Of a DNA stretch of 64,000 bases, positions 11,490 through 23,600 are shown piece after piece. The notes under the pieces were generated by a model, which had not been told where the DNA came from, did not search any database, and saw only the letters and a list, made by a program, of their open reading frames with translations. A program made the translations under genes and the position numbers. The stretch spans positions 22,458,562 to 22,522,561 of the forward strand of contig NC_068986.1 in assembly GCF_001194135.2 (NCBI RefSeq), given 5' to 3'. This stretch comes from Octopus bimaculoides (taxonomy: Eukaryota). Position 1 is the first letter of the stretch. Each line of letters starts with the position of its first letter.

Positions 11490-11960
11490 AGTTTCAGTTG
11501 GGTTCTGTTCTATATTTCCAGTAAGATGTAATATTGTTCCTTCTCAAGCTATGCCAAAGTGGGGGGGCTGCTTGCTCAGCTGAGCGAACCTCTCTCTCTT
11601 TCCTTTTCGCTTGTCCTGCTTTGGTAATGAGGGAGGGCGAGTTGGGGGGATTAAGCACTCGCTTTATGTCCAACATGGCGACACTTTCAAATAGCAACTG
11701 AGCTAAGACAGTGCGTGAGATCAGTAGCGAGAACATCGTTCCTGCCTCCTCCGCCGTTAGCTCCCTCACAGTTGCCAGCCAATGTGAATTAATAACTGCA
11801 GCCGTAGTACATACAACAGCAGCTAGTTCTAGGACACTACTAGTACACCTGCTTCGTTTCATTCTACTATGCAGTCGCTTAGAACTGTCGTGTATTTACA
11901 TGAGTTCTCTCTAAATATCATTTATAGCATGCCATCCTGTACCTATCCGCTTTACCTGAA
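11490..11960. promoter_or_regulatory. CpG/GC-rich non-repeat island in intron 1 (candidate enhancer or alternative promoter)
   Basis: Locally GC-rich with retained CpGs. It carries the YY1-like CAACATGGCG at 11671-11680 and the 12-bp palindrome GCTCAGCTGAGC at about 11573-11584. I see no resemblance to the repeats elsewhere in the window. Confidence 0.4.
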
Positions 11961-13792
11961 ACTCTGTTAACTGCTTATTTTATTTATTTATTATTATTAT
12001 TATTAATATTTTACTTATTATTCTGCTGACATGCATTTTTTTTTTTGTTATTCAAATATAAAGTTCATTTCCTTTGGATGTTGCTTTACAATTAGCTAGT
12101 GTTCCTGAAAAAGCTAATCCATTGAAATCTTTCGTTGTATAATATAACCGAATAATTTTGAGCAATTTTCGAATGAAATTCAAGTCACATGTTCTTTTAC
12201 ATTGCACAATTAGCCTTTTATTTTTGTCACACTAGTAGTGCTACTACTCCAGTTTGGAACTACTTCAACATATTTCTCTTTTAGACCTTTAGGCATTTAA
12301 GGAAAATATTTAACCGCACCAAACTGACCCGACTTTATCTTCTTTTACAACACGAGACTTTGATATGATTATAATAATATATGCAATATTGGGGTCTGTG
12401 TGAACTTTATGCAGTTTTTAAAGAAATAATTTACCTTTTATGTCAGACAAGTTTCTAGTTAAATAAAATAAGAAATAAGGGTATTTAGAAAATGGTGATT
12501 ATTTCATTATGTTTCTTTCACTCTGTACTTAGTATTGTCTTACATTAGATTGTCTTTCTAAGTTATTTAGAATGCTGTACTTTTCAAAGCAGCTTTTGTT
12601 TATCATATGACCTTGAAAACTTTATCAACTGAGCTTTACTAAATGTTCAACATAGTTTATATAGAAATTATTTGAACTTTCTTAATGAAATGATTTGAAG
12701 ATTTGAAAACTCAGCTGAGAATTAAGAAGGCCATGATTAATAGTATCAATATGACCTACTCTGTTCAATTAGATTGATAAATAGTTTATACATTCACTTG
12801 GAGAAGCTAACAAAATCTTAATTCTATTTATGAGAGGATGTTTTCTGCTAAGGTACATAAAAGCACATTAAATAATGAATTTGCAAGAAGATAGTTGTAG
12901 CAGCTATCTTGAATGTGAAATCCCCAGTGGTTATTTCAGAATATTTTACTCCATTAATAGCCAAAGGATGAAATGGAATAAATGTTTTCGTTAATTACAG
13001 ACTAGGCAATATCATCTTTTATCAATGCCATTAAACAAACTCATGGGAAAGCTATGCAAAATAATCTTGAAATAACCCTAGCAATGAGGATTGCATAGTT
13101 TAGAAACTTAACATCTCCTTGGGGGCTTGTATAATACAGAAATTTTGCATACTTAAACAGAACACTTGGTCATTTCATTTACTGAATTAACACGTTTTAC
13201 ACTAACAAAATTTGTGAGGTTTTAAGCATAAGTAATTAGTCATCAAATGTTTATCAACATCTAAAAGTGCAGTTTGAGATAGAAGCTAACTCTAAGAAAG
13301 ATAATCTGTAATTTAAAAAAAAAAGTTACTTTTGGTATAAACATGAGATGACCATTGATAATGAATTTTATGGTCAAAGTAGCTGTTGGAGGTATTGTCA
13401 AAAATATAACATTCACATTTGTATAGTTGTTGGTTGGATATTTATATTTAATTAGTGTCACACAGATTTCATGGTCTAATATTTTGATAGAGCAACCCTA
13501 GTGAGCTCATTTTGTATTTTTTATTGTTGCATTTTGTACTGATTATCGGAATTTACCAAGACAAATTGACACAATCATTTCTTGTTGGGTATTTTACAGT
13601 CAATTTTTCCATGGTGTTTCTTAAATGAAGAACTAACTCATCTATTGCTAATCATTGAACTGTAAAGTGGGAGTGGCAGTTATTTTCAGCTAGAGAGATT
13701 AAAGTTAACAGATTAATGTGTATTGCATAAGTGCACAATACAACAGCTGTTTCAGCACATGTTTGTTGATTTGTAGTTTATAGTGGCCCATT

Positions 13793-14153
13793 GGAGGCTC
13801 AATGGCCCAGTGGTTAGGGCAGCGGACTCGTGGTTATAGGATCGCGGTTTCGATTCCCAGACCGGGCGTTGTGAGTGTTTATTGAGCGGAAACACCTAAA
13901 GCTCCACGAGGCTCCGGCAGGGGATGGTGGCGAACCCTGCTATACTCTTTCACCACAACTTTCTCTCTCTGTTTCTGTTGTGCCTGTAATTCAAAGGGTC
14001 AGCCTTGTTACACTGTGTCACACTGAATATCCCCGAGAACTATGTTAAGGGTACACGTGTCTGTGGAGTGCTCAACCATTTGCATGTTAATTTCACGAGC
14101 AGGCTGTTCCGTTGATCGGATCAACTGGAACCACCGACGGAGTGCCAACAACT
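13793..14153 (+). mobile_element. Full-length tRNA-derived SINE with perfect 12-bp TSD
   Basis: A box TGGCCCAGTGG and B box GGTTTCGATTCC. TAGTGGCCCATT is duplicated at 13781-13792 and 14154-14165. The 3' body is shared with 33872-34052. Confidence 0.85.
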
Positions 14154-14706
14154 TAGTGGCCCATTAATAAATGTTAGATCTCTTGTTATGTCTTGTACCA
14201 CACAACTCAGTGCATGTAATTATTTTAGCAGGAAACCACCTCTTCCAATGCAGGTAGCTTATGTACTTACTATTGATTACATGAAATACTGTATCTCTCA
14301 GGTTATCAAATGTAAATATTTGAATTAATTATGATTGTTCTACTTTAACAGTGTTAATTTACTACTATTAATTCTTTACAATATATAAACAAAAATGTTA
14401 TAGATTAGTTACTTGGAGTTGGAATTTTCTAAAATAAAATATTCCCACAATTTGTTATGGGAGTTACTGTAATAGATTGGTAAATAAAGGGAGAAATAAC
14501 AGAGGAAATCTGAAGCATTTCAAAGGTCATATGTCCTTCTTTCTCATGGGTGGGACAGATAAAAGCAGTGTTTAGATTTATGTAAAACATTTTCAGAAAT
14601 TATTTTGTTTCTTTTATAACAAGCTTTGATGTCCTGTATCTTGTCTAGCCCCAGTAAAAGTTGTTAAACAAGCTTCATTTGTTTTTCTATTTTCAGCAGT
14701 TCCTTT

Positions 14707-14756
<50 letters not shown>

Positions 14757-16299
14757 NNNNNNNNNNNNNNNNNNNNNNNNNNNNNNNNNNNNNNNNNNNN
14801 NNNNNNNNNNNNNNNNNNNNNNNNNNNNNNNNNNNNNNNNNNNNNNNNNNNNNNNNNNNNNNNNNNNNNNNNNNNNNNNNNNNNNNNNNNNNNNNNNNNN
14901 NNNNNNNTTTTTTTTTTTTTTTTTTGCTTTATCAATTTTGAATCCACTAATGCATATAGTAGTTGCAGTTGTCTGGACTAAAAGTAAAAGGGGAAATGGG
15001 AGTATGATAGAGTATCTGATAATGGATTGATGAATGGAGGGAACTGGAAAACATTTCCAATCATGGTAAGATTGATTGCGATTGTTAAGCACTAAACAAC
15101 TAGTCCATGCTTTAATACTCTGTTAGTCGCTTTATAACCTGACCTGCTACTCTTCTGATATCTTGTGTACTTTTAACACAAATGTGCAAGTTAGCCTCCT
15201 CCTCCTCCCTTTTATGATATTTTAATGTTAATCTTGGGAAGAAATAGCTTGTAAATGATGAAAGCATTCTTGAAATGGAAAAGTGAACAATTGAGCTTGT
15301 AACTATTAATATTTTCTATGGGCTGAAATTGGTGGGACTATCACAGACCAGAGAAAGGCAACCTGGAAGTTTTATGAAATCTAATCAATACTTGACATTT
15401 TTGAATTTGAATCTTACTGTAGTTCTTTTCACATTTTAATTGCGTTAGCTTGATAAAATAAAGCAAATGATATATAAGTTTAATCAGCTAACTATATTTC
15501 TTTTTTCTCTTTTGAAGCATTGAAGATTAGTAATGTGACAGTTTACTACAAAGCTAGTAGATCCAGTGTAGATAATAAGTGTGTAGAGATGTGATAAAGC
15601 TGGTAAATTTGGAATGGCAGATTAATTATGATACTGAGAGACGAAATGAAACAGAAACACAGTTGGATGTTGAGTACTGAAAGTAAATGGGCAAAGATTG
15701 TTTACCAACAAACTATAGAGCATTTATCAGAAAGTTGTACAGAATTCTGGTTATTAAATAAATGTGCATTCTAGAAATTCTATGGATAAGCTGTAGTTTG
15801 TTCTTTCAGAGAGGTGTATTTTGACCTTGGAAATGAACCCTTCATACATTTTTTCAGCTATGTTCAGAAAGTTTTTCCGGAAAGGTCACTTGAGAAGGTC
15901 TTTACATTTGCAAGAAGTAAAGAATTATTTGTGATATGTAGAAGAGTGATGAAACCATTTTTTTCTTGTTTTACTTGAGATGAACATGTGTGTTTGCTTT
16001 TCATGCTGTCTGATTCGCTGGTCTCCATTGAAAAAGTGTGTTAACAAAGGTTGTAGATGACATTCAAGAATTATAAGGTTAATAGCATGTAGAGCTTGTG
16101 TTTGGAAGTAAGGGAAATATGGTAAAATAAAAATAGGTTTTGATGAGGACTTAAAATTAAATAAATTGTTTTGCATACATGGAAAAAAACTCTGTTATCT
16201 AATCAAGTCACTGTCCATGACTGAACATTAAAAACTGCATTGACACAGATGAAATTTGCTACATACAGTCGAATTTTATATCCATGTAAGTTTTAAAGA

Positions 16300-17350
16300 A
16301 GAAAGGGAAAAACCCCAAACATTTCAGAGTAGTGTCACTTGAATTGCATGTTGGCATTTTGTAGTCGAGGTGAGGGTAGATGAATAGCCTGTGAGAATTG
16401 TGTAAATCATGGTGACAACAAAGTGAGAGTTATCAACATGTTCAGTGAAAAATTTGGCATGCAGTAATGTGTTCATCCAAGTTCAACTCACAACTACCTC
16501 CTGTTTACTGCAACAGAGGAGTTTCAGCTTGGTTCTCCATGGGAACTCCTGCAATCCAATGACTTTGTTCTCATAAGGGAATCAGTTGAAGAATTACAGG
16601 AAAAATTCCAAATGCAAAAGCAGTATGTAGAATTGAGAAACTGATAGACAATAAAGACGGTAGTCTTAGCAGGGAAGAAAACAATACTACTACTACTATT
16701 TAGGAAATGGTTATGCTTGATATGCAGGAAGAGAGTAGGTAGGAACACTACAATGGATACACAAAATGTGCAGTGGTATAACAGACATTGTCCAACAAGA
16801 TGGATTTCCTACATAATAAGTGCACAGGAATAAGCAGTTGGTACAATCAAGAAATGAAGCCTGTCAGTTGACAAGGAGCTCCATTTGAAGTAGATAATAA
16901 CTTAGGTAGCCTAACTGGCAGTGGATGTTCTGAAAGCTAGTAAACTAGTGTAAGGACTATGTTTAAAAAAGGTTAGGAAACAAAGGTATTCTCTCTTTGA
17001 CTGAAGGACAGATTTATATGATGTTTGTGTGTAAATTATGATATAACATGGTAGCAACACATTGGCTCTGAGTATGGGGGATATATGAAGGCTGGGAAGA
17101 AATAAAACATTCACTGAATATTTAATGTCAGTTTGCCTGAGTGACTAGGCACAATGAATGTGTGGTGAGAAAATGAGAAAAAACAAATCATTAGTTATCA
17201 GCCATAAGGTATAGGAGAGAAAGCTGCATTAGTTTTGATATATGATGCATATGAAGAATGGTGGTTTGATAAAAAAAAGTGTCAAACAATGCAAGTAGAA
17301 GAAGTTTGTAGAAGTCAGAGATCGAAATGACTAGGCCTGATCATCTCAGG
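16300..17350 (+). mobile_element. Decayed RTE-clade LINE reverse transcriptase relic
   Basis: Frame fragments EEFQLGSPWELLQSNDFVLIRESVEELQEKFQM (YADD region decayed) and KWLCLICRKRVGRN / WIHKMCSGIT. There are many stops and frameshifts. Confidence 0.65.
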
Positions 17351-18789
17351 CCAGTGGTCCTCACAAGAGAGGTGACTAAGAACCATAGTGATGTGCAAAT
17401 AATGGGTTTACATAGGTTTCTAGCATGAAGTTATTAAATGAAGGACCAAATATATTTGTCCAACCAATACAAGCATAGAAATACTGACAAAAAATATGTT
17501 GCTGATAGGAAAAAAAAAATATCAACAAAAAGATAGTGTATTCACTTTTTTGCACATGACTAAAGTATCTCACTCAGGATCTGATGGGTCCAAGGACTGA
17601 ATCATACCTCATTGTCTGCTTTGGCATGGTTTCTTAAGCTGGATACCCTTCCAAATGCCTTTATGTGTGTGGCAAACTGTATTTTGATACTGCAAAGGAG
17701 ATAAGATTGTCATATTTTTGGAGACACTGCAAGACTGGAAGTATGACATGATAAAGTTGCTTGTGGAAGATGTCCATATACAGAAAGGTTGAACAATGAA
17801 AGGACAACAACATTGCTTGCACTGAACTTCTCAAAATCAAGGGATCTCTGGTACATGACTATTTTCATAATCTATTTTACGTCTGTTTGTTTTTCCATCT
17901 TGCATTGGATGGATAAATACTTATTCACGAGGCATTATTTTACTGTTGGATGCCCATTCTATCACTAACTATTAACTGCTTTTCAGGTGAGAGATTTTCC
18001 ATTCCACTTGTCATCAAAAACACAGTACTACAGGATGACATATTAAATGTAATGTCATCATAACCTTTTGTTGCTCAGTTTCATGCAAAAATACAGAATG
18101 TAAAATTCTTACATACGCATAATATATATTTGTCTAATCCATACCAGCATAGAAAAATAGACATAAAGTGAACAAATGATTATATGATTGGTTTCCGTAG
18201 TTTTCATCTTCTAGTTTCATACACAATGCATTGATCAGTTTTAGGCTACAATAAGAGACTCTTGCCCAAGGTGCTAGGCAGTGCAATTGAACCTGTAACT
18301 ACATGATTGCAAAGCAGAGGGTGATAGAGAAGTTTCCTTTTTTGAGAATGGACATTCTCATATGTCTTTATAGATTGGAATAGCTTTTTGCTGAGATGAA
18401 TTAAAGAATTTGGTAAGGATATCTTTGGAGCACACTAAGGATAATGGAAGGAACAATGTCAAGTTTGGCCAGCTTCTTGGGTTGGTGTGATTGAAGAAGG
18501 TTGCAGTTTTGTAGAGGGGAATGAGAAAGGTAAAGGGAAGGAAGAGGAATTTTGTTGTGTATGGTGGTTTTAATCTTTGTTAAAGAGTGGTAGGTAAAAG
18601 GATTCTAAGACATCAGTTTTTAACAAACAGCTTAGGGCTTTTAAAATTTCAGCACTGAAACAATGGATCCTTTCATTTTATATTTATTACATTTTTGAAG
18701 ATTTCAATAACCATGTTTTCAGCCTTTCTCTTCTACAAATTCTTTACACTTGGATCTCTTGGCACTTCTTTACGTGATTATCATCATCC

Positions 18790-20050
18790 ATAAACATTTT
18801 GTGTCTGTACCAGTCCAATTTCCTCACTCTGATTTCTTTTCATACCCAGCTCATTTGTACTTTGTCATTTATGCACACTAACATTATACATCCAGCAGAG
18901 CATGCTCTCTTTCTTTCCAGTCTTTGCATAGCCTTTGTATTTAGTGACTATATTTTGCTTCCATGCAACATCTCACTATATATTTAAGCATAATACAATT
19001 TACCCGTTACTTAGAGAGAGAATCCCTTTGTTGCTAGCAGATGTAACAACTCCCTAAACTTTGAGAAAAGGCTAAATTGTATTGTGCTTATGTATGAAGT
19101 ACCATGTTGCAGGGTAGCAAAACAGCTAGAAAGGAATGAATTGAGCATGTTTTAGGAATTAAATGTAGTGTGGAAGGAATATAGGTTTACTTTGAGGCCT
19201 CTTAATTCTAGGTTTTGCTTGTCTAGTTTGGAATTTTTTCTCTGTCTTTGATAGATTTAGCTATAAGAACTACACCATGGAATTACAGGAGTTTCTATGG
19301 GCAACTAGTCTTCAGTTATGGCTTGGAGAATTATAATAAACAGAAGTGGTTTGAGATTCCTCTTATTGCAATACTAACCGTGCTGACAACATCTCACCAT
19401 TCTCACAAGCCATTCATAAACACCTAGGTTTGTTGAGATCACTGACTACAGAGCATGGCACTCTGTCAAAAGCCTTCTTCCAACCAATGAATGCCAGAGT
19501 AGCTTACTCCTCATTAAAGACTTCTCTTGTAGTTGTCTTACTAGAAAGGAGTATCAATGATAGCCTGATCTGGTTCAGAGCCAAATTGCATCCCATCTAA
19601 GCCAATCCTTTTCCCAGTTAGTTTATGCTAAAACTCTTACTATTATTTTTATAACTTGATTCATCAGTGTGCTACCTCTGTAAGTATCCTTCTAAAGCCA
19701 CCTCTCTTGGTCTTTTAACTGTTGATGATGATACTTCTATACCGGTCATTGTTTGTGACATCTTCCTGTACTACCTGGGTAACTACGTAACTGACTAGCT
19801 TGAACTCTACTTCACTGGACATTATCAGCTTTTTGTTTTCATCACTTTATTGACACTTTCAACCCTGCACCTGTGAACTTCAATAACTGATTTCTCTGTT
19901 GGGTCTACTGAAGGCAATCCAGCTTTTTCTTCACATATTCTCTACATCTAGCAATCTCATAATATTTCCAAACCTCTTCTTAGCATTGATGAGATGAAGT
20001 GCACTGCTGTCATTATGAAAACACTTTTCTCCTGGACACTGGCGAAATGA
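18790..20050 (-). mobile_element. Decayed RTE-clade LINE relic (RT region and C-terminal part)
   Basis: The minus strand gives GMQFGSEP..(decayed xEKAFDRV-like)..EW-like RT fragments at about 19400-19600. The segment 18850-19040 is homologous to 33130-33320. Confidence 0.5.
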
Positions 20051-20194
20051 GAGATGAATTTGGTATTATCAGCACTTGAAGGTATTAAACTGGATAGTAA
20101 AAATTTCCAGCATACCATTCTATTTCCTTGGCCATCTCTACCCTATATAAGCGGACGTTAAACGACGACGACAATACGTACAGACACACACACG

Positions 20195-20232
<38 letters not shown>

Positions 20233-20328
20233 NNNNNNNNNNNNNNNNNNNNNNNNNNNNNNNNNNNNNNNNNNNNNNNNNNNNNNNNNNNNNNNNNNNN
20301 NNNNNNNNNNNNNNNNNNNNNNNNNNNT

Positions 20329-20640
20329 ATATACCGCCTGACTGGCCTTTGTAGGGTTTTCGAGCAAGATCGTTGCCAGTGCCCCTGGACTGGCTCTTGT
20401 GTGGGTGGCACATAAAAGACACCATTTCGAGCGTGGCCGTTTTCGTGCGGGTGACACGTAAAAGCACCCACTACACTCTCTGAGTGGTTGGCGTTAGGAA
20501 GGGCATCCAGCTGTAGAAACTCTGCCAAATTAGATTGGAGCCTGGTGTTGCCATCCGGTTTCACCAGTCCTCAGTCAAATCGTCCAACCCATGCTAGCAT
20601 GGAAGGCGGACGTTAACGATGATGATGTTGATGATGATGA
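20329..20640 (+). mobile_element. Young RTE-LINE 3' tail element ending GGACGTTAACGATGATGATG
   Basis: Its 3' end is the reverse complement of 32499-32572, which is attached to RTE RT-coding sequence. It is nearly identical to the reverse complement of 53390-53580. Confidence 0.8.
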
Positions 20641-23600
20641 ATAATGATTAGAAATTATGGTATCTGATATCCATTTTGTTACTGTAAAATGAAACAGTAA
20701 ATTTGAGCAGTGAATGCTCAGTTATTTTAATTTTTAATTGATATTTTTTATAATGCTAACTTAACAGTCATCATTCTCATTATCATAACATTTATTTTTG
20801 TATTCTGGTATGAAGTAGTCTGATATGCAAGATAACATTTCGTTATGTTTTTTAATCACTTTATCTATAAGATTAAGTATTACTCTCAGTTCTGATGGGA
20901 CATTTCCAAAAGCCATGCTTTTAATGGGAACCTGCTATAAAATTTCCACTCAGCATGCGTTTGTCAATTACAGCATTGTCACATCTCTTGCATACGTAGG
21001 ACAATATCTTTGTTGTCTAGTTGCTTTTTCAACTTCTTTCTCAAAATTTCTAATTATTATAAATCCAGTAGATTATAATTATCTTCTTACACTCTAGATA
21101 CTCTGGTATACTTCTATTTCCTTTCCACAATATCATAGGTTTTGCCCGTCGCAGAGATTCTTACAAAGACTTTCTGAACTTCATTGATTTCTTTGTGTTT
21201 AAGACATTATGCCATCACTACCTCCTCTGTAAGCTTTGTGTTATTTAGGTAGTTATATAAACCATTTTTTTTCCAGTTAGCTATTTCATTCATGTTGTTA
21301 ACTGCCTGCTCCTGCATTAACTACAATGTATCTACTACCTTCTTGCATTTAAAATATAACTTTTGCTTTCATTCTGTAGAGTTAATAACCTTTCTATTAA
21401 CAAAAAACTTTTGATCTTAGATTTTTTTCATCTTTAGGCTTTTAACAATCCTATTTTGGTATTTGGATATTTTTCTTAGTTCTTTATGTATTCTGTATTA
21501 AAACTGGTTCTTCTGCATGCTGAAGGTCTTTAAAGGATCCAACTTTGTACTACTTTGTAATAGATTTTTGATATTAGAATGGAGATCAGAGCTGAATGTT
21601 AACTTAGTGGACACTCACTGATTCACTGCTGATTCTGCCTTTATTTGTAGATTGTGGCTTGAACTATCTTTTAGCTGTCAGAGTGTAGAACAAACTTCTT
21701 TTTGGCTAATTTGAAATACTCATTTAGTTTTCCATTACGTCTTTAGATGTCTCTCTCTTTGCTGTTCCCTTTCCAAATTTGCTGCTTGATTTTCTGTTGT
21801 TTTATCTACTGGATTAGTTCATTATCATTTGGTAGGGCCTCTGTTCAATCCTCTGAACTGGTCAATAGCACAAAATGTCAAATGTAAATTGTTGATATTC
21901 TGGAAATCAAATTTGTGAATTAAATAATTCTATTTGCTAGAATTTGCACTTGTACATTTAGGTCAAGTATATTTGAAAATGTTTGGTAATTGTATCTAAA
22001 TTCTTTGAATGTTAGATTTCTTATGAAGATTAAGTATTTTGAATTGTTTAGTGATTTAAATGACATCTATATTGTAAGTTAAGTTGTGGTATTATATGTC
22101 ACTTTTATCATCTTATCAAAATCACCATAACCTACTCATTGATGACCGAATTACTGTTAAGTGAGTATATACATGAGCGTAAAATTATATACTACATTTT
22201 TTTCTTATTTTGATCTGTATGCAATTGAATAAATTCTACATCAAGTTTGATTATTTTCATTATGTGTTTCAGAAAAATAAGTGAGGAATGCTTCATGAGT
22301 TGTACTAGATATAGGATACATTTGGAGTAAAATCTCTGAATAGTTTTCAGTGTTTGGAATGAAGTTGAGACAGGAACAAATGTAGATGAGGTTTGCTAAT
22401 TAGTGAAAAGGTCCATTATGCTGTACCTCTATCTTGGAGCAAGTTATATATAGTACATCTTAGCCAACAATTAGAACTGTGAATGCTGAGAGAATTTGAC
22501 AAGAGTTTATAACTGGATTTATTTTCTGTGTCAGTTTTATTAAAAAAACCCAGGGAATATATTTATTATGTTACCACATCTAAAAATAAGTAAATTTAGA
22601 GTTTTTGATACCATGAAAACCTACAAGTAGAATGTTGTGTATTCTCGTTTTGAAATTAATTTGAATTTTAAAAGTTTGAAGGTACAATATGAATTGATAA
22701 ATGAACTATGTATAAAAAAATAATTGGCTGGTACAAACAGGAAATAATGTTTCTTTTGATTTAAACAAATAGCATAAAAAGATATTATCAACTAGATGGT
22801 TAGAAGGTGTGGTTGAGTTAATTAAAACAATACTAGAATGATTATTAAATCTTAAAACTAGCAAAAGATAAAAGATGTATCTAACTCATATCTGTATAGA
22901 AAGTTGTAAACATAATGTCTATAAAAAATTGATAATATAATATACTGAACATTGTGAGGATATTAAAAGCAAATATCATAACTATTAAGCTAATATACGT
23001 GTGTTCTTGAGTGGTAATTTTTTTTCTTTTTTTTTTTACATTACAATAAGAGTTTTAACACAGTAATTAGTAGTTGGATAGTAGCAGTCAGCTTGAATGA
23101 GCTGATCCAGTACTTAGAAGACAAGCTAAATCAGCTTCGGATAAGATTTGAACACAAGGATATAGCTTCTTAGTAATTGTCTTGTCTGCTGGAGTTATCT
23201 GCTATTGAGATTAGTTTGTTGTGAAATCAAAGAAAAAGATTTCTTGAATTGTCATATGGTCAAATAACATTTCAAAAATCACCTCTAGGAACATCTCTGT
23301 GATATAATCACCAAGGTTGCTGAGAATAATGCTTTGATCTGCTCTTTGATTAATTATATAAGATTTACAACACATTTTCACTATGATGGTTTGAGGGGAT
23401 TTGTTTTCATTTGATCTATTTAAGTCCTTGTGATCATATTTTAGACAAGCTTTCCTATTTTAATAGGTCAACACTGATTATAAAATAACTAAAGTATATC
23501 TCTTAACCTAGTGTTGGATATTTATTAAGAATTTATGTAATTGGTATAATAATTACAATTAGTAGCTTACACTTGCCTCATTCTCTTTTTTGTGTAGAAT

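Noticed and set aside
13793-13870. tRNA-like sequence
   Set aside because: It is the head of a SINE bounded by a 12-bp TSD and does not give a convincing cloverleaf or acceptor stem.
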